A stretch of DNA of 64,000 nt from Kiritimatiellia bacterium (GTDB taxonomy: Bacteria; Verrucomicrobiota; Kiritimatiellia; CAIQIC01; Lenti-01), in contig JAXGNL010000008.1 in the NCBI GenBank assembly GCA_040768005.1, positions 5,053-69,052 of the forward strand, in the 5' to 3' direction. This document shows, piece by piece, positions 1-9,141 of the stretch; position 1 is the stretch's first letter; every line of letters begins with the position of its first letter. The notes beneath the pieces are model-generated. The model made no database searches. It worked only from the letters and a program-made list of their open reading frames with translations, and had not been told where the DNA came from. Made by a program: the position numbers and the translations under genes.

Positions 1-235
1 CGGAATCCGTCCGTGCAGCATGTCGCGCACCAGATCGAAGTGATACAGCAGCTGCAGCTGGTCGCCCGGAATCATCGCCCGCCACGGCGGATGCTCGAGA
101 TTCTGGGCGGAAGAAGGAATGGCCTCGGTTGCCTGCCGCGCCAGCGGCCACGACATCACGCCGAACAGCAGCAGGCTGGCCGCCGCCGCCCCGGCGGCCG
201 ACAACAGGATGCCGCGTTTCGCCACTGCCGCGCCT

Positions 236-1462
236 CTACGCCCCGCCGGTTTCGTCCCACCGGGCGGCGAACGCCTCCGGTCCCCGGTCCAGCGCCGCCA
301 CCAGCTCCGCGCTGGCCGCGGCCTTGGCCTGCAGTTGCGGGATCCGCCGCTCCAGCCCCGCGCGCAGCTCCGCGCGGTCCCGCCAGCCGCGCAGCAGATG
401 CCCGCGCAGGGCATCGGCGCTGAAATCGTCGAACGACAGCGTGCGGTCCGGCAGCCCCAGCTCGCGGAAATAGTAGGCCACCTTGGGCTGGTAGGTGATG
501 CCCACGACGGGCGTGCACTCCGACGACGCCAGGATCAGCGAATGCAGGCGCATGCCGCACAGCAAATCCAGGTGCCGCAGCACGCCCTTGACCGCCGCAT
601 GGTCGTGCCGGCGGTTGTCAATCATCGCCGCCTTCACCGTGCGGGGCAGCCGCTGCATCAGCGCCTGCGTGATCTCCGCGTCGTGGTGCTGCGTGGTCAC
701 GAACACCATCGGCACCGGCACCTCCCGGTGGAATCCCGCCAGCGCTTCCGCAAATACGTTCAGGAACGCCTCGCGGCCCATGGACACGCGCCCCGCCGAC
801 GCCCACGTGTCCAGGTAGCGGTTGATGTTGATCCCCAGCTTGGGCTGCGACGGGTCCACCCCCGCCGCCCGCAGGATCGGTTCGACCTCCGCCGGCGGCA
901 GGGCCGGCGCGTTCAGCGCCGCATCCGCCGCCAGCCGCACCCGGGGATTCGACACTCCAACCTCCTGCAGCAGGTCCAGCGAATCCTGGTCGCGCACCGT
1001 GATGAACGCCATGCGCTCGGCCACCGATTTCAGCATCCGCCGCCCCGCCGCGGTGTGCACCGGCCCCACCCCAACGTTGTAGCCGATGATCGGGATGCCC
1101 CGGCGCGACGCCAGCGGCAGCAGCAGATAAAGCGACGACAGGAAATTGAACAGCGGATTGAACAGCGACCGGTCGAAGAGCACCGCGTCGAAAATGATCA
1201 CGGCATCCGCCCGGCAAATCGCCCGCGCGGTCGGCATGCCCAGCATCCGCAGCGCCCCCTGCCACGGCATCATCCCCACCGGGCGGGTCCGGTTGGGATA
1301 GTGCCCGCGGATGTACGACGGCCGGATCGTGGGAATGTCGTAGGTCAGCCGCCGCCCGCACGCCCGGTCCACGCCGTCCATGATCGCCGCGATCAGCGCC
1401 GCGTCGCCGGCGTTCCTCCCCGAGGACGAGCCCAGCAGGGTAATGGTTTGCAATGTTGCCAC
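236..1462 (-). CDS. Polysaccharide pyruvyl transferase family protein (WcaK/CsaB-like)
   Basis: N-terminal GSSSGRNAGDAALI, GVGP and ITVRDQDSL motifs, and C-terminal GMRLHSLILA. Start trimmed to GTG at 1462 after a GGCGGAGAG RBS-like stretch. Confidence 0.85.
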   Translation of the reverse strand: MATLQTITLLGSSSGRNAGDAALIAAIMDGVDRACGRRLTYDIPTIRPSYIRGHYPNRTRPVGMMPWQGALRMLGMPTARAICRADAVIIFDAVLFDRSLFNPLFNFLSSLYLLLPLASRRGIPIIGYNVGVGPVHTAAGRRMLKSVAERMAFITVRDQDSLDLLQEVGVSNPRVRLAADAALNAPALPPAEVEPILRAAGVDPSQPKLGININRYLDTWASAGRVSMGREAFLNVFAEALAGFHREVPVPMVFVTTQHHDAEITQALMQRLPRTVKAAMIDNRRHDHAAVKGVLRHLDLLCGMRLHSLILASSECTPVVGITYQPKVAYYFRELGLPDRTLSFDDFSADALRGHLLRGWRDRAELRAGLERRIPQLQAKAAASAELVAALDRGPEAFAARWDETGGA

Positions 1463-1578
1463 GTTCTCTCCGCCTGGTTGGATACGCCCACGGTTATACC
1501 CGCTGCGGATGCCCGTTGGCAACTGCAAGCGTTTGCGCTAGGATGCCGGATCGTACGCATGGAGAAAGGACCGGATTC

Positions 1579-2574
1579 GTGGAAAACCGCCAGAAGAAGT
1601 ATCTCGTCACCGGCGCCGCCGGATTCGTCGGCTCGGAAATCGTCCGGCAGCTGCTGGCCCGGGGCGACGGCGTCCGGGCCATGGCCCGCCGCCGCGAGCA
1701 GCTCGCCGGTCTGGACCATCCGGCCGCCGAGGCATTCGAAGGCGACATTCGCGACCGCGCGGCGCTGGACCGCGCCATGCAGGGGGTGGACGGCGTGTTT
1801 CACATCGCCGCCCTCTTCCGGCAGGCCAACCAGCCCGACCAGGCCTATGTGGACACCAATGTGCAGGGCGTGCGCAACATCCTCGACGCCGCGGCCGCCG
1901 CCGGGCCCCTCCGCGTGATCCACTGCTCCACCGTCGGCGTGCTGGGGCACGTCGAACAGCCCCCCGCCGACGAGTCCGCCCCGTACCACCCCGGCGACAT
2001 CTACCAGCGCACCAAAATGGAAGGCGAACAGCTCGCGCTGGAGGCGTTCCGGGCCGGGCGGCTCCCCGGCGTGGTCATCCGCCCCGCCATGATCTACGGT
2101 CCCGGCGACACCCGCACCCGCAAGATGTTCCGCATGATCGCCCGCCGCCGCTTCTTCTATGTCGGCCGCGGCGCCAACCTGGTCCATTTCATTGATGTCC
2201 GCGACCTCGCCCGCGCCTTTCTGCTGGCCATGGATCGCGTCGACCGCAACGGCGAGATCTATATCATCGCCGGCGAACGCGCCATGTCCCTGCGCGAATT
2301 CTCCGGCATCGTCGCCGCCGACCTCGGCGTCTCCCCCCCGTGGCTCCGCCTCCCCGTCAGACCCATGCAGACCCTCGGCTCCCTCTGCGAAGCCCTCTGC
2401 GTCCCCCTGCGGATCAATCCGCCGCTCTACCGCCGGCGGGTGGATTTCTATACCAAGGACCGCTCCTTCAACGCCGCCAAGGCCCGCGCCGAACTCGGCT
2501 TCATCCCCGCCCAGTCCCCGCAGGACGAAATCCGCGACATCCTCGCCGACTACCGCCGGCGCGGCTGGCTCTAG
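1579..2574 (+). CDS. NAD-dependent epimerase/dehydratase (extended SDR)
   Basis: LVTGAAGFVG Rossmann motif, HCSTVGV, YQRTK (YxxxK) and RPAMIYGPGD. GTG start at 1579 after GGAGAAAGGA. Confidence 0.9.
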   Translation: MENRQKKYLVTGAAGFVGSEIVRQLLARGDGVRAMARRREQLAGLDHPAAEAFEGDIRDRAALDRAMQGVDGVFHIAALFRQANQPDQAYVDTNVQGVRNILDAAAAAGPLRVIHCSTVGVLGHVEQPPADESAPYHPGDIYQRTKMEGEQLALEAFRAGRLPGVVIRPAMIYGPGDTRTRKMFRMIARRRFFYVGRGANLVHFIDVRDLARAFLLAMDRVDRNGEIYIIAGERAMSLREFSGIVAADLGVSPPWLRLPVRPMQTLGSLCEALCVPLRINPPLYRRRVDFYTKDRSFNAAKARAELGFIPAQSPQDEIRDILADYRRRGWL

Positions 2575-2587
2575 CGCCCCTCCGCCG

Positions 2588-3619
2588 ATGAATCTCGCCC
2601 TGAAAGCCTGGCGGATGGCGCGGATCGCCCGCGAATACCGCGCGGGGCGCGTCCGGCTGGACAGCCGGCCCATCCGCCTCTGGTTCGACACCTGCTCCGC
2701 CTGCAACCTCCGCTGCGTCATGTGTCCCAACAAGGATCTCCCGCCCGCCGAAAAAGGCATGATGTCCCTGGATCTGTTCCGCCGCATGATCGACCAGGCC
2801 CACCCCCATGTTTCCGACATCTATCTGCACCACCGCGGCGAACCGCTCCTCAACCGGCACCTGCCCGACATGATCCGGTACGCCCGCGCCAGGGGCATCC
2901 GCTGCCGCTTCCATACCAACGGCGCCCTGCTGACCGAAGACCGCGCCCGCGACCTCATCGCCGCCTCCCCCGAGCTGGTGTCGTTCTCCATCGACGGCTT
3001 TGAAAAGGATACCTACGAGCGCATCCGCGTCGGCGCCGATTTCGACCAGACCATCGTCAACGTGCGCCGGCTGCTCCGGCTGCGCCGCGAAGCCCGGCAG
3101 TCCCTGCCCTATGTCGTCGTTGAACGCATCCGCTTCCGCGGCGAAACCCCCGCCCCCGAAGCCCGCGAGCGCGCCGAACGTTTGCGGCGCGACCTGCTCC
3201 GCGACGGCGTCAATGAAATCGTCGAGAAAGAGGAATACGTCTGGGCCGGCGACGCCCCCCCGGATGCCCCCGCCGCCGCGCGCACCTTCACCCAATGCAC
3301 CTTCCCGTGGTACGCCATGGTGATCGGCTGGAACGGCGTCGTCACCCCCTGCCCGCAGGACTTCTGGGGCCGCCTGCCGATGGGCGACGCCTCCCGCCAG
3401 CCGCTGGCCGACATCTGGAACGGCCCGGCCTACCAGGATCTCCGCCGCCGCCTCCTGCACGATCTCGATTCCCTCCCCCTGTGCCGCCGCTGCGACCGGC
3501 TCTGCCGGAAAACCGTCACCGGCCTGCCCGCCCAGTACCTGGTGCCCTTTCTGGTGGATCATTTTGTCGGCTACAACAAGCTCCGCACCTGGCTCGGCGG
3601 CGGGGAGCGGAATTCATGA
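2588..3619 (+). CDS. Radical SAM protein with SPASM/Twitch domain
   Basis: CNLRCVMC (CxxxCxxC), GEPLLN, HTNG, FSIDG, and C-terminal CTFPW...GVVTPCPQD...CRRC. Start trimmed to MNLALKAW. Confidence 0.9.
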   Translation: MNLALKAWRMARIAREYRAGRVRLDSRPIRLWFDTCSACNLRCVMCPNKDLPPAEKGMMSLDLFRRMIDQAHPHVSDIYLHHRGEPLLNRHLPDMIRYARARGIRCRFHTNGALLTEDRARDLIAASPELVSFSIDGFEKDTYERIRVGADFDQTIVNVRRLLRLRREARQSLPYVVVERIRFRGETPAPEARERAERLRRDLLRDGVNEIVEKEEYVWAGDAPPDAPAAARTFTQCTFPWYAMVIGWNGVVTPCPQDFWGRLPMGDASRQPLADIWNGPAYQDLRRRLLHDLDSLPLCRRCDRLCRKTVTGLPAQYLVPFLVDHFVGYNKLRTWLGGGERNS

Positions 3620-3632
3620 ACGGGCGCCGCCC

Positions 3633-4565
3633 ATGAACCGCCGCCTGTCTGCCGTCACGACCCTGTTCCCCCTGTGGGCGCTCCTCGCCTCCGCCTGGGC
3701 CTATCTCCGTCCCGCCCCCTGGGCCGCCCTGCAGGGATGGATTGTCCCCCTGCTCGGCCTGGTCATGTTCGGCATGGGCCTGACGCTGACCGGCGCGGAT
3801 TTCCGGCGCGTGTTCCAGCGGCCCGGCCCCATCGTCCTCGGCATGGCCGTCCAGTTCGGCCTCATGCCGCTGCTGGCGCTGGGGCTTGCGCGCGTGCTGC
3901 ACCTCGCGCCGCCGCTTGTTGCCGGCATGGTGCTGGTCGGCTGCGTGTCCGGCGGCACCGCGTCCAACGTCATCACCTGGCTCGCCCGCGGCGATACCGC
4001 GCTGTCCATCACCATGACCTTCTGCTCCACCGTGCTCGCCGTCGCCGCCACCCCCGCCCTCACCTGGCTCTATCTGCACCAGACCGTGCCCGTGCCGGCC
4101 GCCGGCATGCTCCTCAGCATCCTGCAGATCGTCCTGCTCCCCGTGCTCGCCGGCATGGCCGTCAACCGCTTCCTCGGCCGCCGCCTCGCCCGCTTCCAGC
4201 CCGCCTTCCCCCTGCTCTCCGTCGCGGCCATCGTCCTGATCATCGGCATCATCATCGGCCTCAACCATGACAAGGTCGCCACCACCACGCCGGTGCTGGT
4301 CCTGGCCGTCTGCCTGCACAACCTCGGCGGCATGGCCTGCGGCTACGCCGCCGGCCGCCTCTTCCGCTGCCCGCCCGTGGTCTGCCGGACCCTGGCCATC
4401 GAAGTCGGCATGCAGAACTCCGGACTCGCCGTCACCCTCGCCGTGAAACATTTCTCCGCCGCCGCCGCCCTGCCCGGCGCCCTGTTCAGCATCTGGCACA
4501 ATCTCTCCGGATCCGCCTTCGCCGCCTGGCACAACCGCCGCCGCCTTCCGGAGCCCGCCCCGTGA
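3633..4565 (+). CDS. Bile acid:sodium symporter (BASS) family transporter
   Basis: MFGMGLTL, QFGLMPLLA, GGTASNV and IEVGMQNSGLA motifs, with multiple TM helices. Confidence 0.92.
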   Translation: MNRRLSAVTTLFPLWALLASAWAYLRPAPWAALQGWIVPLLGLVMFGMGLTLTGADFRRVFQRPGPIVLGMAVQFGLMPLLALGLARVLHLAPPLVAGMVLVGCVSGGTASNVITWLARGDTALSITMTFCSTVLAVAATPALTWLYLHQTVPVPAAGMLLSILQIVLLPVLAGMAVNRFLGRRLARFQPAFPLLSVAAIVLIIGIIIGLNHDKVATTTPVLVLAVCLHNLGGMACGYAAGRLFRCPPVVCRTLAIEVGMQNSGLAVTLAVKHFSAAAALPGALFSIWHNLSGSAFAAWHNRRRLPEPAP

Positions 4566-5941
4566 TCCATCCCGCCCGCATCCAGCCGCAGAACGATCTC
4601 CCGCTCCGCCGCGGACGCTATGTGCTCTACTGGATGCAGCAGGCCCAGCGCGCCGAGTTCAATGACGCCCTCGAATACGCCATTGACCAGGCCAACACCC
4701 TGGCCCTGCCCGTGCTGGCCGCCTTTGCCCTGGCGCCCTTCCCCGACGCCAACGCCCGTCCCTATCGCTTCATGCTCGAAGGACTCCGCGAAACCCGCAA
4801 CCGCCTGGCCGCCCGCGGCATCGGCTTCTGCCTCCGGAAAGGCGCACCCGAAGAGGTCATTCCCCCGCTCGCGAAAAACGCCGCCCTCCTCGTCGGCGAT
4901 GTCGGCTATCTGCCCGTCCAGCGCGACTGGCGCCGCGCCGTCGGCGAACGCATCCGCTGCCCCTTCGTCCTGGTCGAAACCGACGCCATTGTTCCCGTCG
5001 CCGAAGCCTCGGACCACGCCGAATTCGCCGCCCGCACCCTTCGGCCCAAAATCCACCGGAAACTCCCCCTCTTTCTGAAGCGTCCGCGCGCCCGCCGGGT
5101 GGCCACGCCGTCGCTCAACCTGGTCCGCGACTCGCTCTCCCTCGACGATCCCGAAGCCCTCTGCCGCGCCATCGGCGCCGATGACAGCGTGCCGGCCGCC
5201 GACCATCCCCCCGGCGGGGCCGCCGCCGCCGGCCGCCTCCTCCAGCGCTTTCTGTCGCAGAATCTCGCCGATTACGCCGCGTCCGCCAGCGACCCCGTCC
5301 TCGACGCCACCTCCCGCCTCAGCCCCTACCTTCATTTCGGCCAGATCTCCTCCCTCGACATCGCCCTGCGCGCCGCCAAAACCGACGCCCCGCGCAATTC
5401 CGCCGACGCCTTTCTCGAACAGCTCATCGTCCGCCGCGAGCTCGCCATCAACGCCTGCTGGCACCGGCCCGCCAGCGACCGCTACGACGCCCTCCCGGAA
5501 TGGGCCCGCAAAACCCTCGCCCGCCACCGGCGCGACAAACGGGACTTCCTCTACACCCGCGGCCAGTGGGAAGCCGCCGCCACCCACGATCCCTGCTGGA
5601 ACGCCGCCCAGACCGAACTGCTCCGCTCCGGCCGCATGCACAACTACATGCGCATGTACTGGGGCAAGAAAATCCTCGAGTGGTCCGCCTCTCCCGAGGA
5701 GGCCTTCGACACCGCCCTCCGGCTCAACAACAAGTACCAGCTCGACGGACGCGATCCCAACGGCATCGTCGGCGTCGCCTGGTGCTTCGGACTCCACGAC
5801 CGCCCCTGGACCGAACGGCCCGTCTTCGGTACCATCCGCTACATGAACGCCAGCGGCCTGCGCCGAAAATTCGATATCCAGGCCTACCTGGACCGATGGC
5901 TCGGCCCCCGGAACCCGCCGGCCGGAAAGGAAACCCCATGA
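4562..5941 (+). CDS. phr: Class II CPD DNA photolyase
   Basis: YVLYWMQQAQR, SRLSPYLHFGQIS, MHNYMRMYWGKKILEW and DGRDPNG, all class II signatures. GTG start overlaps the upstream stop. Confidence 0.93.
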   Translation: MIHPARIQPQNDLPLRRGRYVLYWMQQAQRAEFNDALEYAIDQANTLALPVLAAFALAPFPDANARPYRFMLEGLRETRNRLAARGIGFCLRKGAPEEVIPPLAKNAALLVGDVGYLPVQRDWRRAVGERIRCPFVLVETDAIVPVAEASDHAEFAARTLRPKIHRKLPLFLKRPRARRVATPSLNLVRDSLSLDDPEALCRAIGADDSVPAADHPPGGAAAAGRLLQRFLSQNLADYAASASDPVLDATSRLSPYLHFGQISSLDIALRAAKTDAPRNSADAFLEQLIVRRELAINACWHRPASDRYDALPEWARKTLARHRRDKRDFLYTRGQWEAAATHDPCWNAAQTELLRSGRMHNYMRMYWGKKILEWSASPEEAFDTALRLNNKYQLDGRDPNGIVGVAWCFGLHDRPWTERPVFGTIRYMNASGLRRKFDIQAYLDRWLGPRNPPAGKETP

Positions 5942-6345
5942 ACGAAACCGAAAAGCAGCTCGATCTGCTGGGCCTGTTCCATTTCATTCTCGGCGGATTG
6001 ACCGCCCTGTTCGCCTGCCTCCCGCTCATCCATGTCGGCGTCGGCGCCGCCCTCCTGCTGGGCGCTTTCGATTCCGGCCCAGCCGCCCCCCGGTTCATCG
6101 GCTGGCTTTTCGTTCTCATGGGCGGCCTGTTCGTGCTCGGCGGCTGGGCGCTCGCCGCCGCCATGATCACCGCCGGCCGCAAGCTCCGCCGGCGGAAGTC
6201 CCGGACCGCCTGCCAGGTCATCGCCGCCCTCGAGTGCCTCCTGATGCCCCTCGGCACCCTTCTGGGCGTCTTCACCCTCATAGCCCTCTCCCAGGACCGC
6301 GCGCAGGAACTCTTCGACGCCCCGCCCGCCCCGCCCGCGGCCTAG
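5938..6345 (+). CDS. Hypothetical membrane protein (about 3 TM helices)
   Basis: ATG overlaps the photolyase stop (ATGA). Hydrophobic segments and C-terminal PLGTLLGVFTLIAL. Confidence 0.7.
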   Translation: MNETEKQLDLLGLFHFILGGLTALFACLPLIHVGVGAALLLGAFDSGPAAPRFIGWLFVLMGGLFVLGGWALAAAMITAGRKLRRRKSRTACQVIAALECLLMPLGTLLGVFTLIALSQDRAQELFDAPPAPPAA

Positions 6346-6374
6346 CCTGCGCGCCTGCGCTCCAAAGGTTTTCT

Positions 6375-6472
6375 GGAGGGGCAGGCTCTGTCCTGCCCGG
6401 TTCCCGGCAGGATCGCCGCACCCCAGGCGGGTAACACGGAGGTTCCGGCACGGGCAGACAAGCAGCCCCTCC
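6375..6472. repeat. Intergenic imperfect inverted-repeat element (REP/MITE-like)
   Basis: GGAGGGGCAGGCTCTGTCCTGCCCG at 6375 pairs imperfectly with CGGGCAGACAAGCAGCCCCTCC ending at 6472. Confidence 0.5.
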
Positions 6473-6588
6473 CGTTCCAGGATTGCACTGAATCGCAGAC
6501 GCCCCCTCAAAGAGGTTGGCCGCCGCAAGCCGTTTTGCTAGCGTTTCTCCATAAAACGCGCCCGCAGACGGGCGACGGGAGAAATCAA

Positions 6589-7179
6589 ATGAAACGAATC
6601 CTGATCGTGTGGAGCCTGGCGGCCGCTGTGGCCGTCTGCGGGTGCGGCAAAAAAGCCGAAGAAAAGACGGGCGAAAAACTCGCGGAAAAAATGCTCGAGA
6701 AAGCCCTCTCCGCGGAAGGCGTGGACGCCAAGGTCAACCTCTCCGAGGACGGCATGAGCTTCCGCACCACCGATGCCGAAGGGCGGCAGGCCGACGTCAA
6801 GGTGGAAGGCGACACCGTGACCATCCAGGGCGCGGACGGCACCACCACCTTCCGCTCCGCCGGCGCCGGCCAGATGCCCGGCGATTTTCCCAAGGACGTC
6901 TTCGTCTATCCCGGCGCCGACGTCGTCGCCTCCATGACGTATCCCGGCGGCGTGAACCTGGCCCTGGAAAGCGCCGACCCCGTCCAGGACGTCATTGCCA
7001 AATCCAAGTCCGCCATGGAAGGCCTCGGCTGGGCTGAAAAGTCGCATCTGGGCATGGATGACGTCGCCATGCTGTCCTATACCAAGGACACCCGCACCGT
7101 CAGCCTGATCATCCAGCAGGACAGCGGCAGCCCGACCTCCATCAACATCACCATCGCCGAAGAAACCGGATCCGACTAG
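6589..7179 (+). CDS. Hypothetical lipoprotein
   Basis: MKRILIVWSLAAAVAVCGC lipoprotein-like signal; GGGAGAAA RBS. Confidence 0.75.
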   Translation: MKRILIVWSLAAAVAVCGCGKKAEEKTGEKLAEKMLEKALSAEGVDAKVNLSEDGMSFRTTDAEGRQADVKVEGDTVTIQGADGTTTFRSAGAGQMPGDFPKDVFVYPGADVVASMTYPGGVNLALESADPVQDVIAKSKSAMEGLGWAEKSHLGMDDVAMLSYTKDTRTVSLIIQQDSGSPTSINITIAEETGSD

Positions 7180-7193
7180 ACCCGGTCCGTTTT

Positions 7194-8465
7194 TCACCGG
7201 GCGCAGACCCGGGGCAGATCCCGCCAGCTGGCCGGAGAGGCGGCGGACCGGTGATGCTGGCGCATGTGCCAGGCATCGCTCTGCATCTCGCTCCCGTACC
7301 GGAGCCGCCGGTGCATCGGCGAACGGTTCAGCGCATCCAGGCATTTCATCAGGCGGTCCGTCCGGGCGCTGTCGCCGGGGGCCTCCGCAAACAGCAGCCC
7401 CTGCGCCGCGTGCTCCGGCACCAGATCCGCCAGCAGCACGCCCGCGCGCTGATACGCGAAGCCCGGCCGGAAAATGCGCTCCAGCCCGCGCTGCGCGCCG
7501 CGCACCAGCCGGCCTGAATCGCCCGTGGCCGGCTCCAGCGCCAGCGTCGCCCCGTTGGCGTACGCCGGCCCCTTCCCGTCAAACGGACTGGTGTGCACAA
7601 ACACCGACAGCGCCCCCGCGCGGAGCCGCCGGGCCCGCAGCTTTTCGCCGGCGCGCGCCGCAAACGCCGTCACGGCCGCCTCCACCTCCTCCCGCCGCGT
7701 CAGCCGACGGCCGAAACTGCGCGACACCAGAATCTGCCGGCGCGGCGGCGGCGCCATCTCCATCGGCAGGCACGACACCCCGGACAGTTCCCGCGCCGTC
7801 CGTTCCAGCACCACGCCGAACACCGCCCGCAGCCGGGCGGGATCCGCTTCCGCCAGCGCCCGGGCATGGACGATGCCCATGGCGCGCAGCCGCGCCCCCA
7901 GTCGCGTTCCCACGCCCCAGACCTCCTCGACCGGCAGCGCCGCCAGCGTGTCCGCCGGCGCGGGCCATTGCGTCCAGTCCAGCACCGGCACCGTCCCCGC
8001 CGCCCCCTTCTTCGCCAGCCGGTTCGCCACCTTCGCCAGGGTCTTGGTCGGCGCCAGCCCCACCGACACGGGAATCCCCGTCCACTGCTTCACCGTCCGG
8101 ACCATCTCCCGCCCCAGCGCCAGCCGGTCGCCCCGGAATCCCTCCAGGTTCAGGAAACACTCGTCGATCGAATAGACTTCCATCTCCGGGACGAACCCCG
8201 CCAGCACCTGCATGACGCGCCGGGACAAATCGCCGTACAGCGCATAGTGGGACGAAAACACCGTCACCCCGCGCGACCGGAACCGCGCTTCCACCTTGAA
8301 CCACGGCGCCCCCATCGCGACCCCCAGCGCCTTGGCTTCCCGGCTGCGGGCAATCACGCAGCCGTCGTTGTTCGACAGCACCACGATCGGCCGGCCCTCC
8401 AGCGCCGGCGCAAACACCCGCTCGCAGGAGGCGTAGAAATTGTTGCAGTCCGCCAGCGCAAACAT
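7194..8465 (-). CDS. umuC: Y-family DNA polymerase V subunit UmuC
   Basis: [38 protein letters not shown] and C-terminal WHMRQHHRS. True start is ATG at 8465 inside the longer ORF-track ORF. Confidence 0.93.
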   Translation of the reverse strand: MFALADCNNFYASCERVFAPALEGRPIVVLSNNDGCVIARSREAKALGVAMGAPWFKVEARFRSRGVTVFSSHYALYGDLSRRVMQVLAGFVPEMEVYSIDECFLNLEGFRGDRLALGREMVRTVKQWTGIPVSVGLAPTKTLAKVANRLAKKGAAGTVPVLDWTQWPAPADTLAALPVEEVWGVGTRLGARLRAMGIVHARALAEADPARLRAVFGVVLERTARELSGVSCLPMEMAPPPRRQILVSRSFGRRLTRREEVEAAVTAFAARAGEKLRARRLRAGALSVFVHTSPFDGKGPAYANGATLALEPATGDSGRLVRGAQRGLERIFRPGFAYQRAGVLLADLVPEHAAQGLLFAEAPGDSARTDRLMKCLDALNRSPMHRRLRYGSEMQSDAWHMRQHHRSAASPASWRDLPRVCAR

Positions 8466-8476
8466 GCCCCCTCCCG

Positions 8477-8929
8477 TCAATACGACCGGATGGCATGCGC
8501 CACCACGCCCCAGACGACCAGTTCCTTCCCTTCGTGAAAGACGATGGCCGGATATGCCGGGTTTTCCGCCTCCAGGCGGACCCCTCTGCGGCTCTTGCGC
8601 AGCCGTTTCACGGTCAGTTCCCCGTCCACCACGGCCACGACGATGGAGCCGTCGCGGGCCTCCCGCGCCCGGTCCACCACCAGCAGGTCGCCGTCGCGGA
8701 TGCCCGCCCCCGCCATCGAATCCCCCTGCACCTTCACCACGAACGTCGCCGCCGGATGCTCCACCAGGTGCTCGTTCAAATCCAGCGGCCCCTCCAGATG
8801 ATCGTCCGCCGGCGACGGAAACCCCGCGGCCACCCGGCAGAGGTACCGTCGCAGCGGCCGCGGCGGCGGATTCAGAACCACCGGCCGGACCCGGAGGGCC
8901 GAGCCGGAGAACGGACCATCGCTCCTCAT
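8477..8929 (-). CDS. umuD: UmuD (S24 peptidase, Pol V accessory subunit)
   Basis: [11 protein letters not shown] cleavage region, VQGDSM catalytic Ser, ELTVKRL catalytic Lys and WGVV. Lies directly upstream of umuC. Alternative start at 8941. Confidence 0.92.
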   Translation of the reverse strand: MRSDGPFSGSALRVRPVVLNPPPRPLRRYLCRVAAGFPSPADDHLEGPLDLNEHLVEHPAATFVVKVQGDSMAGAGIRDGDLLVVDRAREARDGSIVVAVVDGELTVKRLRKSRRGVRLEAENPAYPAIVFHEGKELVVWGVVAHAIRSY

Positions 8930-8932
8930 GAA

Positions 8933-8946
8933 TGAACGCATGTTCA
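8933..8946. promoter_or_regulatory. Putative LexA operator TGAAC-N4-GTTCA upstream of umuDC
   Basis: TGAACGCATGTTCA, just downstream of a TTGCGC-16-TATATT promoter-like pair on the minus strand. The same motif lies upstream of lexA. Confidence 0.8.
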
Positions 8947-9141
8947 CCAATATATTCCTTTCCCGGCCCGGCGCAAGCCAGGAGTGTCGCCTCTCCGGCT
9001 CGTCCCGCAACGGGCCCGGACACCTCATGTGATTATTCGGTTTTCATCCGTTGCGGCAGAACCGGAGAAAATTCCCGGTTCTTCTTGTCGGCGCTTCGAA
9101 ATACGGGTAGCCTTCCGGAAGAATTCACCCAGGACAGGTGT

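Noticed and set aside
7194-9023. 609-aa ORF suggesting a UmuD-UmuC fusion or an N-terminally extended UmuC
   Set aside because: UmuD motifs are in a different frame (8477-8929). The extension is a Gly-rich off-frame read of umuD, and UmuC starts at MFALADC (8465).
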